Notes: a model not told the origin generated them from the letters alone. A stretch of 42,537 nucleotides of DNA from Candidatus Rokuibacteriota bacterium (GCA_044866005.1 JBIOTN010000211.1:1-42537); one strand, 5' to 3'. Positions 1-10,521 are shown, numbered from the stretch's first letter. A program made the numbers and translations.

Positions 1-1103
1 CCCTCCAGCGCCTCGATCTTCTGCTCGTCCGACTTGGTCCCGAGCGTCGCGGCGACCAGGGCCTGGGTCTCGCCGCGGGTGAACAGCGCGGAGCCGTGTG
101 TCCGCGGCAGGAAGGAGACCTCGGCCGTGATGGGCCGCGTTTCCCAGGCCGGACGGCCATCGACGCGGAGGCCGCGGTCGAGCACCATCCGTCGCACCTC
201 TTCCCGCTCCAGCTTGTCGAGAGCCTCCTTCACCTTGGCCCGGCGAAGGCCGTCGGGGTCGAGCGTCGCGAGCACCTCTTCGGCGAGCCGCCCCAGCGCC
301 TGTCCGCGCTGGACCTTCTCGCGGATGGCGATGATCTCGCGCACGCGGGCCTGGGCGGCCGTGCGCACTTCCGCCTCCAGGGCGGGATCGCGGTGGGCGG
401 CGGCGTCGAACGGCCAGCGGGGCTTCCCGGCCTGTTCCGCGAGCGCGCGCTGGATCCGCACCAGCTTCCGACACTCGGCGTGGCCCAGGGCGATGGCCTC
501 GACCATCGTCTCCTCGGGGACCTCTTTGGCCCCCGCTTCGACCATCATCACCGAGTCCTCCGTCCCGGCGACCACCAGGTCGAGCGACCGGTCGGTCTGC
601 GCGCCGGTCGGGTTCACCACCAGACGGCCGTCGACCAGGCCGATCCGAACCGCGCCGAACGGGCCGAGGAACGGCAGCCCGGCGATCGTCACGGCCGCCG
701 ACGCGCCGTTCATCGCCAGGATGTCGGGGTCGTTCTCGTGGTCGGCCGAGATGGCCAGCGCGATCACCTGGATCTCGTTGCGAAACCCCTTGGGGAAGAG
801 CGGGCGGAGCGGACGGTCGATGAGCCGCGAGGTCAGGATCTCCTTCTCCACCGGGCGCCCTTCACGCTTGAAGAAGCCGCCCGGGATCCGCCCGCCGGCG
901 TACGCGCGCTCGCGGTAGTCGACGGTGAGCGGGAAGAAGTCCTGGCCCTCCACCGCCGTCTTGGAAGCGACCACGCTCGCCAGGACGACGGAGTCTCCGT
1001 AGCGCACCAGTACGGCGCCATCGGCCTGCTTGGCGACTCGGCCGGTCTCCAGGCTGAGCACCCGCCCGCCGATCTCGATCTGTGTGGTGTGTCCTATGCC
1101 CAT
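1..1103 (-). CDS. pnp: Polyribonucleotide nucleotidyltransferase (PNPase), 5' part; runs off window start
   Basis: Manual translation from ATG 1103: MGIGHTTQIEIGGRVLSLETGRVAKQADGAVLVRYGDSVVL...DFFPLTVDYRE...GGFFKREGRP...SRLIDRPLRPLF; GGAGG/AGGA upstream; follows rpsO. Confidence 0.97.
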   Translation of the reverse strand, partial: MGIGHTTQIEIGGRVLSLETGRVAKQADGAVLVRYGDSVVLASVVASKTAVEGQDFFPLTVDYRERAYAGGRIPGGFFKREGRPVEKEILTSRLIDRPLRPLFPKGFRNEIQVIALAISADHENDPDILAMNGASAAVTIAGLPFLGPFGAVRIGLVDGRLVVNPTGAQTDRSLDLVVAGTEDSVMMVEAGAKEVPEETMVEAIALGHAECRKLVRIQRALAEQAGKPRWPFDAAAHRDPALEAEVRTAAQARVREIIAIREKVQRGQALGRLAEEVLATLDPDGLRRAKVKEALDKLEREEVRRMVLDRGLRVDGRPAWETRPITAEVSFLPRTHGSALFTRGETQALVAATLGTKSDEQKIEALE

Positions 1104-1171
1104 GTCGCTTCCTGTCCTCCAGTGTCTTCCGTTCCGGAGGGTCACGTCCCCTCCGGCCCTGCGTGCTGCCC

Positions 1172-1441
1172 CTACCGGCGGATGCCGAGCTTCTCGATGA
1201 CCTGCCGGTATCGTTCCGGGTCCTTGCCTCTCAGGTACTCGAGCAAGCCGCGGCGCTTCCCGATGAGCTTCAGGAGGCCGCGGCGCGAGTGGTGATCCTT
1301 CTTGTGGAGCTTGAAATGCTCCGTCAACCCGTTGATCCGCTCGGTGAGGAGCGCGATCTGCACCTCCGGCGAGCCGGTATCGGATCCGTGGAGCCGGTAG
1401 CCTTCGATGAGGCTTTTCTTGCGGTCGGCGGGAACGGGCAT
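1172..1441 (-). CDS. rpsO: 30S ribosomal protein S15 (89 aa)
   Basis: MPVPADRKK...[16 protein letters not shown]...[29 protein letters not shown] before ATG 1441. Confidence 0.98.
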   Translation of the reverse strand: MPVPADRKKSLIEGYRLHGSDTGSPEVQIALLTERINGLTEHFKLHKKDHHSRRGLLKLIGKRRGLLEYLRGKDPERYRQVIEKLGIRR

Positions 1442-1530
1442 GCGGACCTCCCGGGGTATCCCCCAATCGCCGCTCCTGGTGCAGCCCCCGTGCACCCGTG
1501 GAACGGTTCCGAACGACAGCGAGATCGACG
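1442..1530 (-). promoter_or_regulatory. Putative S15 autoregulatory leader
   Basis: 5'UTR between predicted promoter and rpsO with nested stems (TCGCTG/CGGCGA enclosing GGAAC/GTTCC and GGTGCA/TGCACC), three-way-junction-like; S15 leaders are known in many phyla. Confidence 0.5.
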
Positions 1531-1535
1531 CGAGC

Positions 1536-1564
1536 AGCTTACCATGCGGCGCACGGCCCCGCAA
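1536..1564 (-). promoter_or_regulatory. Sigma70-type promoter for rpsO-pnp
   Basis: Minus strand TTGCGG-17 nt-TAAGCT with extended -10 TG (TGGTAAGCT). Confidence 0.65.
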
Positions 1565-1587
1565 CCCGAACGGCCCCCGGGGGGCCG

Positions 1588-2517
1588 TCAGCGGGCCCGG
1601 GCCAGGAGCCGCCGCGCGATCTGGACGTCCTCGGCGATCCGCGTCCGCAGCGCGTCCACCGAGGGAAACTTCATCTCGTCCCGGATCCGGGACAGGAAGC
1701 CGATGGTGAGCAGGCGGTCGTAGAGCTCGACGCGCACGTCGAGGAGGTGCGCCTCGACCGTGGGCCGCGACTCGCCGAAGGTCGGGCGCACCCCGACGTT
1801 GATCACGGCGGGCGCCGATTCCGTGTCCCAGCCGGCCCACCCGGCGTAGACGCCGGTGGCGAGCAGCAGCGGCGCCGGCGGCACCAGGTTCGCCGTGGGG
1901 AACCCGAGGCGGCGCCCCCGCTCGGCGCCCCGCGCGACCGGGCCGCGGATCGTGTAGGGCCGCCCGAGGAGGCTCGCCGCCCGTTCCACGGCGCCCTGGC
2001 GCAACGCGTCCCGGACCGCGGACGACGACACCACCACGCCGGCGACCGTCAGCGGCGGCACGACGTGGACCCGGATCCCGAGTGGCGCGGCCAGCTCGGC
2101 GAGCACGGCGACCGTCCCCGCCGCGCCACGGCCGAAGGTGTGGTTGAACCCGACCACGACCTCGCGGGCCCGCAGGAGCCGGGCCAAGACGTCGCGGACG
2201 AAGTCGGCCGCGCCCACCTGCGAGAATTCCGGGGTGAAGGGGATGACGAGCGCCACGTCGGCCCCGAGCGCGGCGATCCGGTCGAGCCGCTCCTCGAGCG
2301 GCAGGATCTCGGGCGGCGCCTCGGCCGGCCGCAGGACCGCGATGGGCATCGGGTCGAAGGTGAGCGCGATCGCGCGGACGGCCAGCGCCCGCGCGCGCTC
2401 GACGGCGGTGCGGATGACCGCCTGGTGGCCGAGATGGAGGCCGTCGAAGGTGCCCTGGGCCACCACGGTGGGCGGCGCGTCAGCGGGGTACTGGCCGAGT
2501 CCCCGGACGATCTGCAT
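1588..2517 (-). CDS. ribF: Bifunctional riboflavin kinase/FAD synthetase
   Basis: [53 protein letters not shown] motifs. Confidence 0.97.
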   Translation of the reverse strand: MQIVRGLGQYPADAPPTVVAQGTFDGLHLGHQAVIRTAVERARALAVRAIALTFDPMPIAVLRPAEAPPEILPLEERLDRIAALGADVALVIPFTPEFSQVGAADFVRDVLARLLRAREVVVGFNHTFGRGAAGTVAVLAELAAPLGIRVHVVPPLTVAGVVVSSSAVRDALRQGAVERAASLLGRPYTIRGPVARGAERGRRLGFPTANLVPPAPLLLATGVYAGWAGWDTESAPAVINVGVRPTFGESRPTVEAHLLDVRVELYDRLLTIGFLSRIRDEMKFPSVDALRTRIAEDVQIARRLLARAR

Positions 2518-2585
2518 GGAATTCTCTGAGGGTGAGGCGGCGCCGATCTGACCGATCGGCGCCCGTGAAACTGTCCCGGCCGTGG

Positions 2586-2614
2586 CGGCGATCGGCTCGG
2601 GCCTGCCTCCCCCC
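2586..2614. repeat. Family A intergenic repeat, truncated copy
   Basis: 29 nt exact reverse complement of 5423-5451 (GGGGGGAGGCAGGCCCGAGCCGATCGCCG). Confidence 0.85.
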
Positions 2615-2645
2615 GCGCCGGAGCATCCGAGGGCCCTCGCGCACC

Positions 2646-3590
2646 TCAGCTCGGTACCGGGCCGGTTCCCGGGCGATCCGTCTGCAGGAGGCGGAGGGGA
2701 CGGAGACCGCCAGGACCGGCCTCGCCGAGCCCGAGAAAGACCTCCCCCGCGTAGAGGCGACAGGCCCCGGCGAGCGCGGGCCCGACCACGGCGGCGGCAT
2801 CGGAGCCGATGAGCCGCTGGCCCTGCGCGAGCCGCGCGGCCGCCGCGGGGTCGAGCCGGACCGCCGGCAGGTGGGCGACCGCCCGATCGGTCGGGAGGAT
2901 CCGGGCGCGCAGCTCTCCGGGGTCGCCCTCACGCACCACGGGCCAGGGCACGGCGTCCTCCACCGAGAAGGCGCCGAGCCGGGTGCGCCGGAGCGCGTCG
3001 AGCCGGGCCCCGCACCCGAGGACCGCGCCGACGTCGGCCGCCAGGCTTCGGACGTAGGTGCCCTTGCCGCACGCGATCCGGAGCGTGAGGAGCGGGGAGG
3101 TCCAGTCCAGGAGCTCGATCGCATCGATGCGCACCCGGCGCGGGGCGCGGGCCACCTCGAGGCCGGCCCGGGCGAGCTCGTGCAGCCGGCGGCCCCCGGC
3201 GTGGAGCGCCGAGAACATCGGCGGCACCTGCTCGATCTCGCCTTCGAAGCGGGCGAGGGTCGCCCGGATGGCGGGGGCGTCGAGGGACGGCACGGGCCGC
3301 TCGGCGGTCACGCGACCGGTCGCGTCGAGAGTGTCGGTCGTGATCCCCAGGCGGACCGTCGCCACGTACTCCTTGTCCTGGGCCTGAAGGTACGGCGTGA
3401 GCTTGGTCGCCTGGCCGAGCAGGATGGGGAGGACACCGGTCGCCATGGGGTCGAGCGTGCCGCCATGACCGACCTTGGCGACCCGCAGGACGCGGCGGAG
3501 GTGTGCCACCACCTGAAAGGAGGTGACGCCGGCGCCCTTCTCCGCGACCAGGAGGCCGTCCAGCCGCCCGTCCGCCCGTGGGCTCGTCAT
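2646..3590 (-). CDS. truB: tRNA pseudouridine(55) synthase
   Basis: KVGHGGTLDPMATGVLPI, QVPPMFSAL, CGKGTYVRSLA motifs. Confidence 0.97.
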   Translation of the reverse strand: MTSPRADGRLDGLLVAEKGAGVTSFQVVAHLRRVLRVAKVGHGGTLDPMATGVLPILLGQATKLTPYLQAQDKEYVATVRLGITTDTLDATGRVTAERPVPSLDAPAIRATLARFEGEIEQVPPMFSALHAGGRRLHELARAGLEVARAPRRVRIDAIELLDWTSPLLTLRIACGKGTYVRSLAADVGAVLGCGARLDALRRTRLGAFSVEDAVPWPVVREGDPGELRARILPTDRAVAHLPAVRLDPAAAARLAQGQRLIGSDAAAVVGPALAGACRLYAGEVFLGLGEAGPGGLRPLRLLQTDRPGTGPVPS

Positions 3591-3593
3591 CGC

Positions 3594-3712
3594 CCCGGGC
3601 CGGGGCCCGTCACCCCGGGTCGTCCCGCCTCACCGCCGGGCCTCAACGTATGCGGCATACGCCTTGGCCCGCCTCCCCCTGCGTCCTATCGCTCCTCGGG
3701 CCTCGGCCCGGG
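3594..3712. repeat. Family B intergenic repeat (MITE-like), copy 1
   Basis: Core CCTCAACGTATGCGGCATACGCC...CCCTGCGTCCTA; ~15-nt imperfect terminal inverted repeats; inverted homolog at 12416-12539. Confidence 0.85.
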
Positions 3713-4681
3713 CCCCGCGCCGGCGGCGAGCACCTCCGTGATGGCGGCGAGCACGTCAGCCTTCGCCCGCGCCAGGTCGCCCTTCAGCACGGTGCCGGCC
3801 GCGTTCGGGTGGCCGCCGCCGCCGAAGCGGGCGGCGATCCGCGCGACGTTCACCTCGCCCTTCGCGCGGAGGCTCACCTTCACCTCGCCGGCCAGCTCGC
3901 GGAAGAGGACGGCGACCTTTGCGGTGCGGAGCGAGCGGGGGTAGGTGATGAAATCTTCGGCCTCCAGCAGGTCCGGGGATTCGGTCTGGCTGCGGTCGAT
4001 GACCACCCAGGCGATCGTGCCGTCATGGTTGGTTTCGACCTGCTGCAGGATGCGCCCGAGGAGGCGGAGGCCGGCGAGGTGGCGCGTCTCGTAGAGCTGG
4101 ATCGCGACCGCGGCCGGATCGGCGCCGGCCTCGACGAGCCGGGCGGCGACGCGGAAGGTCTTCGGGGTCGTGTTCGAGTACCGGAACGAGCCGGTGTCCG
4201 TCACGATGGCCGTATAGAGGTTGACGGCGACCTCTCGGGTCAGGGGCAGACCGGCGGCCTCGAGGAGGTCGTAGACCATCTCGCCGGTCGCGGCGGCCCC
4301 GGACTGGATCCAGTTGACGTCCCCGTAACGGCGGTTGTCCGCGTGGTGGTCGATGTTGAGGACGCGGGTGCCCGGGTGGCGGCACCCCTCGAGCAAGCCC
4401 CCTACCCGGCTCGGGTCCGGACAATCCAGCGTGATCACCACGTCGTACTCGCCGCGACCCTCCTTCCACTGCTGGACCTCGTCGGCGCCCGGCAGGAAGT
4501 GGAAGGGGTCCGGCACGGCGTGGCTACAGGCGAACACCACGCTCCGCCCGACCGCGCGGAGGGCGAGGCCCAGCCCGAGCTGGGAGCCCAGCACGTCCCC
4601 GTCCGGGTAGAGGTGCGCGAGCAGGAGGAGTCGCCGGCCGCTGCGGAGGAGGTCGACGACCTCGGCCGGCACCTGGCTCAT
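3686..4681 (-). CDS. nrnA: DHH/DHHA1 bifunctional oligoribonuclease/PAP phosphatase
   Basis: HLYPDGDVLGS, NIDHH, TDTGSF, GGGHPNAAG; ATG overlaps rbfA stop (ATGA). Confidence 0.92.
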   Translation of the reverse strand: MSQVPAEVVDLLRSGRRLLLLAHLYPDGDVLGSQLGLGLALRAVGRSVVFACSHAVPDPFHFLPGADEVQQWKEGRGEYDVVITLDCPDPSRVGGLLEGCRHPGTRVLNIDHHADNRRYGDVNWIQSGAAATGEMVYDLLEAAGLPLTREVAVNLYTAIVTDTGSFRYSNTTPKTFRVAARLVEAGADPAAVAIQLYETRHLAGLRLLGRILQQVETNHDGTIAWVVIDRSQTESPDLLEAEDFITYPRSLRTAKVAVLFRELAGEVKVSLRAKGEVNVARIAARFGGGGHPNAAGTVLKGDLARAKADVLAAITEVLAAGAGPGPRPEER

Positions 4682-5052
4682 GCCTCGTCCTCTCCGTCGC
4701 CCGGCGTCGCCTGCTGCCGCAGCTGCTCGATGACGCTCTGGATGTGGGCGGCGTGCGCCATCGAGCGGTCGGGGTGAAACGTGAGCTCGGGGACCGCACG
4801 CAGGCGGAGCCGCGGCGCGAGCCAGTTCCGGATGAAGCCGCGGGCGCTCTGGAGGGCGGCGAGCGAGGCGCGCCACTGCTCTTCGGTACCGAGCACGCTG
4901 ACGTAGACCTTGCCGCTCCGGAGGTCCTTCGACACGGCGACCTCGGTCACGGTCACGAAGCCGAGGCGCGGATCCTTGAGCTCGCGCTGGAGGAGGTGGG
5001 AGATCTCCTCCTTGACGAGCTGGTTGACGCGATCGAGCCGCTTGCCTTGCAT
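4678..5052 (-). CDS. rbfA: Ribosome-binding factor A
   Basis: KRLDRVNQLVKEEIS...KDPRLGFVTVTEVAVSKDL...LRLRAVPELTF. Confidence 0.97.
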   Translation of the reverse strand: MQGKRLDRVNQLVKEEISHLLQRELKDPRLGFVTVTEVAVSKDLRSGKVYVSVLGTEEQWRASLAALQSARGFIRNWLAPRLRLRAVPELTFHPDRSMAHAAHIQSVIEQLRQQATPGDGEDEA

Positions 5053-5077
5053 CCCCGTACCTGGCGAATCCCCGCGG

Positions 5078-5368
5078 TCACAGAACCTCGACCCGGACGT
5101 CGATCACGGCGCCGTCGGAGAGGGACTCGATGAAGTTCACGGCCTTGGACACCACCTCGTTCGCGAGCCGCGCGTCATTGGCGACGCACGCGACCGCGAG
5201 CGTCGCCCGCTGCCAGAGGTCCTCGTGGTCCACCTCGGCGACGGACACGTTGAAGCGGTTCTTGACTTTTTCCTTCATCCCTTTGAGGACGTGGCGCTTG
5301 CCCTTCAGCGAATCCACCTCGCCGAAGTGCAGCTCCACCAGCCCCAGCGCGATCCTCGCCACTCCCAC
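5078..5368 (-). CDS. DUF503/YlxP family protein
   Basis: SLKGKRHVLK...KNRFNVSVAEVDHEDLWQRATL; GTG start with GGAGG SD; typical position between infB and rbfA. Confidence 0.9.
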   Translation of the reverse strand: MGVARIALGLVELHFGEVDSLKGKRHVLKGMKEKVKNRFNVSVAEVDHEDLWQRATLAVACVANDARLANEVVSKAVNFIESLSDGAVIDVRVEVL

Positions 5369-5417
5369 CCCAGGTCCCCTCCGAGAATCCGCGAACCGCT
5401 CCGCGACCAGCGCTCTG

Positions 5418-5514
5418 CCCCCGGGGGGAGGCAGGCCCGAGCCGATCGCCGAAGGGCGATCGGGCCGGCTTCGCCGGCAGGGCCGTCGGAGGGGGGCGTA
5501 GCCCCTCTCCGAAG
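5418..5514. repeat. Family A structured intergenic repeat (REP/BIME-like), full copy
   Basis: GGGGGGAGGCAGGCCCGA + two hairpins + TCGGAGGGGGG...CCCCTCTCCGAAG; abuts infB stop codon. Confidence 0.9.
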
Positions 5515-8187
5515 TTAGAGCGTGCGGGCCACTTCTTCCGTGGTGAACACCTCGAGGACGTCTCCCACGCGGACGTCCGGGACGCCGTCCACGCCGATGC
5601 CGCACTCCTGGCCCTGGAGCACCTCGCGGACGTCGTCCTTGAAGCGCCGGAGCGAGCCGACCTGCCCTTCCCCCACGAGCTGGCCGCCGCGGAGCACGCG
5701 GACTTTTGCCGATCGGGTGATCTTGCCCTCTGTCACGAAGGACCCGGCGATCGTGCCGACGTTCTTGATGGGGAACAGCGCCCGCACCTGCGCCTTGCCG
5801 AGCGGAACTTCCCGAATCAGCGGGGCCAGCATGCCGGCGAGCGCCGCCTTCACGTCGTTGATCGCCTCGTAGATGACGTTGTAGGCCTTGACGTCCACGC
5901 GCTCGGCCTGCGCCTGCTGGAGCGCCTTCGGCTCGGGCTTGACGTTGAAGCCGATGATGATCGCATTGGACGCCGAGGCGAGCATGACGTCGGTCTCCCG
6001 GATCGTGCCGACGGCGCCGTGGATCACGCGGACCTTCACCTCGTCGGTGGAAAGGTGCTCCAGGGCGTCCTGCAGCGCCTCGAGCGAGCCGTGGACGTCG
6101 CCCTTCAGGATGACCCGCAGCTCCTTGACCTCACCGGCCTCGATCTGCTTGTGGAGGTCGGCCAGGGTGATGCGGACGGTCGAGGCGAGCTTGCGGTCCC
6201 GCTCCTGCCGCGCCAGCGCGATCTGCCGCGCTTTCCGCTCCTCGGCGACGGCGAGGAGGGTATCGCCGGCCGACGGGACGCCGGAGAGGCCGAGGATCTC
6301 CACCGGGTCCACGGGCCCGGCCTCCTTCACCCGCTGCCGGCGGTCGTTGAACATCGCCCGGACCTTTCCCGAGTGGTGACCGGCGACCACGATGTCGCCC
6401 TCGTGGAGCGTTCCCTGCTGGATCAGCACGGTCGCGACCGGACCGCGGCCGCGGTCGAGCTTGGCCTCGACCACCACGCCCTTCGCCGGCCGGCTGGGGT
6501 TCGCCCGGAGCTCCATGATCTCGGCCTGGAGCGCTGTCATCTCCAGGAGCTGCTCGATCCCGGTCCCCTTCTTCGCCGACGTGCTGACGAAGATCGTCTG
6601 ACCGCCCCATTCTTCGGGGACGAGGCCGAGGTTCGAGAGCTCCTGCTTGACGCGGTCCGGATTCGCGTCGGCCTTGTCCACCTTGTTGACTGCCACGAGG
6701 ATCGGGACGCCGGCGGCCTTCGCGTGGTTGATCGCCTCGACGGTCTGCGGCATGACGCCGTCGTCCGCCGCCACGACCAGGACGACGATGTCCGTGGCCT
6801 GGGCGCCGCGAGCGCGCATCGCCGTAAAGGCCTCGTGTCCCGGCGTGTCGAGGAACGTGATCCTCCCGTGCGAGGTCTCGACCTGGTAGGCGCCAATGTG
6901 CTGGGTGATGCCGCCGAACTCCTGCTCCGTCACCTTCGTCTTGCGGATGGCGTCCAGGAGCGAGGTCTTGCCGTGGTCCACGTGCCCCATGACCGTGACG
7001 ACGGGCGGCCGCGGCCGGAGCTGGGCGGGGTCCACCTCCTCTTCCACGACTTCCACCGTCTCGATCGGCCGGACCTCGACGTCGAAGCCGAACCGGGCGG
7101 CCAGGACCTTGGCCTTGTCCAGATCGAGGACCTGGTTGATGGACGCCATCACGCCCATCCCGACCAGCTCCCGGATGACCTCGCCGCTCTTCCGCTGCAT
7201 CTTCTCGGCGAGCTCGGCGACGGTGACCGACTCCGGCAGGCGAAGGATCTCGTGCTTGGCCGGCACGGCGGGGGCGGCGGGGGCCGGGGCCGGCGCCTCG
7301 ACGGCGGGCGGGGCCTCGGCCGCGGCGGCGGGTACTTCCGCGGGCGGCGCCGCGGCGGGCGCCGCCGGCGCCGTGGCGGCCGCGGGCGCCGCGGTCTCCT
7401 CACGGCGCGCCCGGAAGGGGATCACCTTGCCGTCGGTCGGCGGCTTGGGCGCCTCGCGCGGAGGCTCGGCGGGGGCGGGCTTGGCCGCCTCGTGCGGCGG
7501 CGCCTCGCTCGGCGGCGCCGCGGCTGCGACCTTCTCGACCGTAGGCCGGGACGGCTCCTTCGCCGCCGGCTCCTTGGCCTTGAGCCGCTTGACCGGCGGC
7601 GCCTCGCGCGTGACGGGCGCTGCGGCCGCCGCCGGCTTCTCCGGGACGGGCGCCTTCGCGGCCGGGACCTCCGCTGGCTTGGGCGGGGCGGCCGGGGGCG
7701 TCGGCTGGGCAGGCGTCTCGGCGACCGGCGCGAGCCGCTCCACCGGCTTCTCGGGCGCGGGCTTCGCCACGAGCTTGTCCGCGGGCTTGGCGGCCGGCCG
7801 CTCGGGGGCCTTGATCTTCGCCGCGGGCGCGCTCGAAGCCTTCGGCGCGCTCTTCGCCCGGCCGGGCTTGGCGCGCTCGGTCTTCGGCTTCGTCCCGTCG
7901 GTCTTCTTGGCGCGGGCCCGCGCGGCCTTCGCCGCCGCCGCCTTCGCGGCGTCGAGCTTGGCGCGGAGCGCCGCCGTCCGGGCCGCCTCGAGCCGCTCGG
8001 TCTCGCGCTGCGAGAACACGGCGGCCTTCTCCTCGAGGGCCGCGCGGAGCTGCGGAAGGAGGGCGTCATCGATGGCGCTCGAGGAGGTCTTCTCCTTCTG
8101 ACCCAAGGCCTCGAGCTCGTCGATGATCATCTTCGGAGCAACGCCCAGCTCCTTGGCCAGCTCACCGACCCGCGTCTTCCCTGCCAT
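5515..8187 (-). CDS. infB: Translation initiation factor IF-2
   Basis: [54 protein letters not shown]; long Ala/Pro/Lys linker; ATG 8187 after GGAGAGG. Confidence 0.98.
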   Translation of the reverse strand: MAGKTRVGELAKELGVAPKMIIDELEALGQKEKTSSSAIDDALLPQLRAALEEKAAVFSQRETERLEAARTAALRAKLDAAKAAAAKAARARAKKTDGTKPKTERAKPGRAKSAPKASSAPAAKIKAPERPAAKPADKLVAKPAPEKPVERLAPVAETPAQPTPPAAPPKPAEVPAAKAPVPEKPAAAAAPVTREAPPVKRLKAKEPAAKEPSRPTVEKVAAAAPPSEAPPHEAAKPAPAEPPREAPKPPTDGKVIPFRARREETAAPAAATAPAAPAAAPPAEVPAAAAEAPPAVEAPAPAPAAPAVPAKHEILRLPESVTVAELAEKMQRKSGEVIRELVGMGVMASINQVLDLDKAKVLAARFGFDVEVRPIETVEVVEEEVDPAQLRPRPPVVTVMGHVDHGKTSLLDAIRKTKVTEQEFGGITQHIGAYQVETSHGRITFLDTPGHEAFTAMRARGAQATDIVVLVVAADDGVMPQTVEAINHAKAAGVPILVAVNKVDKADANPDRVKQELSNLGLVPEEWGGQTIFVSTSAKKGTGIEQLLEMTALQAEIMELRANPSRPAKGVVVEAKLDRGRGPVATVLIQQGTLHEGDIVVAGHHSGKVRAMFNDRRQRVKEAGPVDPVEILGLSGVPSAGDTLLAVAEERKARQIALARQERDRKLASTVRITLADLHKQIEAGEVKELRVILKGDVHGSLEALQDALEHLSTDEVKVRVIHGAVGTIRETDVMLASASNAIIIGFNVKPEPKALQQAQAERVDVKAYNVIYEAINDVKAALAGMLAPLIREVPLGKAQVRALFPIKNVGTIAGSFVTEGKITRSAKVRVLRGGQLVGEGQVGSLRRFKDDVREVLQGQECGIGVDGVPDVRVGDVLEVFTTEEVARTL

Positions 8188-8189
8188 AA

Positions 8190-8597
8190 TCACCCTCTCC
8201 CTTCGGACCGCTCCGCGGCTCGCTCCGCACCCAAGGCCGCCGGCTGGAGCTCGCCGTCATGCTCGCTCGGGGCCGGCCTGCCCGGCTCCGGCTCCGACTG
8301 GATCAACGCCCGCACCCGCGCGATGGTCTCCGGCCGCAGGACGGCCGGCGCCCGGAAGGCGTGCGCCCACCGGCCGCGGCGCACGGCCTCGTCGAGACAG
8401 CTCGGCCGGCGGCAGAGGTACGCGCCCCGGCCGCCGCGATCCCGGCGGGGAGCCGGCTCCACGGAGCCGTCCGCCTGCCGCACGAGCCGGACGAGCTCGG
8501 CCTGCGGACGGACCCGGCGGCAGCCGAGGCAGGTCCGGAGCGGCGTCGGACCGCGCCCGCGGCCCCGGGGCCGCGGGCCGGGACGGCCTGCCGTCAC
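8190..8597 (-). CDS. ylxR: YlxR/RnpM family RNA-binding protein (DUF448)
   Basis: PLRTCLGCRR...ELVRLV...GRGAYLC; GTG overlaps nusA stop. Confidence 0.9.
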   Translation of the reverse strand: MTAGRPGPRPRGRGRGPTPLRTCLGCRRVRPQAELVRLVRQADGSVEPAPRRDRGGRGAYLCRRPSCLDEAVRRGRWAHAFRAPAVLRPETIARVRALIQSEPEPGRPAPSEHDGELQPAALGAERAAERSEGRG

Positions 8598-9955
8598 CCG
8601 GCCGACTCTCCCTTCGGCTCGGCCGCCGGGGCGGGCGGCACGCCGCCCTCGTCGGCGGCCGGCCCCACCGCCGCCGGCTCCGTCGCGCGGGCGGCCAGCC
8701 ATTCGTCGACGGCGGCGACGATCGCCTCGGCTTTCGTGTCGCCGATCTCGTCGATCTCGGCGAGCGCAGCCGCGCCGGCCTGCCGGACCTTGGCCGGCGA
8801 GTCGAGGCCCCGCGCGACGAGCGTCTGGGCGAGCGGCTCGCCGATCTCGGAGATCGCCGCGAGGGCGGTGCGCCCGCGCAGCCGCTCCTCCTCCTGCCGC
8901 CGGCGCTCCTCCTCCAGCTCCGTTTCGCTCTTCACGTCGATCCGGAGTCCGGTCAGCTTCGCGGCGAGGCGCGCGTTCTGGCCTTTCTTCCCGATCGCGA
9001 GGGAGAGCTGGTTGTCGGGCACGACGACGAGCGCCGAACGCTCCTCGCCTTCGCCCCGGATGCTGACCGAGGCCACCTTCGCCGGCGACAGCGCGCGGGC
9101 CACGAGCGTCGGCACGTCGTCCGCCCACTCGATGATGTCGATCTTCTCCCCGCGCAGCTCGCGCACGATCACCTGGATGCGCGTCCCGCGGAGTCCCACG
9201 CACGCCCCGATCGGATCGACGTCGCGCTTCGTCGAGGCCACCGCGAGCTTGGCCCGCTCCCCCGGCTCGCGCGCCGCGCCCTTGACCTGCACGATCCCCT
9301 CGGCGATTTCGGGGATCTCCGTCTCGAAGAGGCGGATGAGGAACCCCGCGTGACTGCGGGAGAGCATCACCTGCGGCCCCTTCGGTGTGTTCTTGACCTC
9401 CAGGATGTACGCGCGCAGCCGGTCGCCCGGCGAGTAGCGCTCGCCCGGGATCTGCTCACGCTCGGTGAGGACGGCTTCCGTCCGCCCGAGGTCGACGATG
9501 ACGGTCCGCTTCTCGATGCGGTGGATGACGCCCCGGACGAGCGTCCCCTCGCGGTCCTTGTACTCGGAGAAGATCCCCTGGCGCTCCGCCTCCCGCACCC
9601 GCTGGAGGATGACCTGCTTCGCCGTCTGCGCGGCGATCCGCCCGAGCTCCCGCGGATCGAGGCGAAGGTCCACCTCCACGACCTCGCCGAGCTGGGCGTC
9701 CGGCTTGATGTGGAGCGCGTCGGCGAGCGTGATCTCCAGCTTGGGATCGGCGACCGACTCGACCACGGTCTTCTGCTCGAAGGCGTGGATCGCCCCGGTC
9801 CGGCGGTCGGCCGACAACCGCACGTTCTCGCCCACGCCCATCGTCCGCTTGGATGCCGACAGGAGCGCAGACTCCAGCGCCTCGAAGAGCACCTCGGTGG
9901 CGATGCCCTTCTCCCGGCCGATCTGCTCGATGACGTACAGCAACTCTCGGTTCAT
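8594..9955 (-). CDS. nusA: Transcription termination/antitermination factor NusA
   Basis: MNRELLYVIEQIGREKGI, GRIAAQTAKQVI, AREPGERAK, DPIGACVG, SLAIGKKGQNARLAAKLTG; ATG overlaps rimP stop. Confidence 0.98.
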   Translation of the reverse strand: MNRELLYVIEQIGREKGIATEVLFEALESALLSASKRTMGVGENVRLSADRRTGAIHAFEQKTVVESVADPKLEITLADALHIKPDAQLGEVVEVDLRLDPRELGRIAAQTAKQVILQRVREAERQGIFSEYKDREGTLVRGVIHRIEKRTVIVDLGRTEAVLTEREQIPGERYSPGDRLRAYILEVKNTPKGPQVMLSRSHAGFLIRLFETEIPEIAEGIVQVKGAAREPGERAKLAVASTKRDVDPIGACVGLRGTRIQVIVRELRGEKIDIIEWADDVPTLVARALSPAKVASVSIRGEGEERSALVVVPDNQLSLAIGKKGQNARLAAKLTGLRIDVKSETELEEERRRQEEERLRGRTALAAISEIGEPLAQTLVARGLDSPAKVRQAGAAALAEIDEIGDTKAEAIVAAVDEWLAARATEPAAVGPAADEGGVPPAPAAEPKGESAG

Positions 9956-10482
9956 GTCGACCTCCCGGCTCGGGCAGAGCGCTGAAGCTCCACCTCCAGG
10001 CGCGCCTTCGCCAAGAGCGCCCGGGGAATCTGGCGCGGACCTGCCGCCTCCGCCAGGGTCAGGAAGGCCTCTCCCACCTCCACGAGCCGCCCGACAAACT
10101 CGCGCCGGCCGTCCACCGGCTCGCGCACCCACACGCGCACCTGCTTGCCCACCGCCCAGGAGAGCTCCCGCTCCTTCCGCAGCTCCCGGTCGAGCCCGGG
10201 CGAGGAGACCTCCAGATCGAAGCTCCCCGGCGGCAGGTTCGCGACCTCGAGCACGTCGCCGACCTCTTCGCTGAAGCGCCGGCAGTCGTCGACGGTGACG
10301 CCGCCCGGCCTGTCGACGAAGAACCGGAGCATGGCTCGATGCCCTCCCCGACGTAGCTCGAGGTCGACCAGCGTGAGACCATGGGCACGGAGGACCGGTG
10401 CGGCCACGGCCTCGATCGCCGCCTCGAGCGCGGCCGGATCGGCTCCGAAGGACGCCGCGCCAGGTCCGGGTTCCCGCATCAT
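9952..10482 (-). CDS. rimP: Ribosome maturation factor RimP
   Basis: LRFFVDRPGGVTVDDC...LEVSSPGLDREL; first gene of nusA-infB operon. Confidence 0.95.
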   Translation of the reverse strand: MMREPGPGAASFGADPAALEAAIEAVAAPVLRAHGLTLVDLELRRGGHRAMLRFFVDRPGGVTVDDCRRFSEEVGDVLEVANLPPGSFDLEVSSPGLDRELRKERELSWAVGKQVRVWVREPVDGRREFVGRLVEVGEAFLTLAEAAGPRQIPRALLAKARLEVELQRSARAGRST

Positions 10483-10497
10483 GCCTTGCCTCAATGC

Positions 10498-10521
10498 AAA
10501 AAAGTGGGCAAAGCCCACTTT
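10498..10521 (-). terminator. rimP-leader terminator-like hairpin (attenuator)
   Basis: Minus strand AAAGTGGGC-TTT-GCCCACTTT-TTT between predicted promoter and rimP start. Confidence 0.75.

Noticed and set aside
2518..2645. Possible FMN riboswitch upstream of ribF
   Set aside because: Only a GGCGCCGATC/GATCGGCGCC hairpin and a truncated family A repeat; no RFN consensus segments
7250..8000. Low-complexity Ala/Pro/Lys stretch in infB as an insertion or repeat element
   Set aside because: Variable low-complexity N-terminal linkers are normal for IF2; no intein motifs
6019..9985. Very long plus-strand ORFs (1015 aa, 620 aa) and many similar ones across the window
   Set aside because: Antisense or alternate-frame shadows of real genes in high-GC DNA; Arg/Gly/Pro-rich with no motifs
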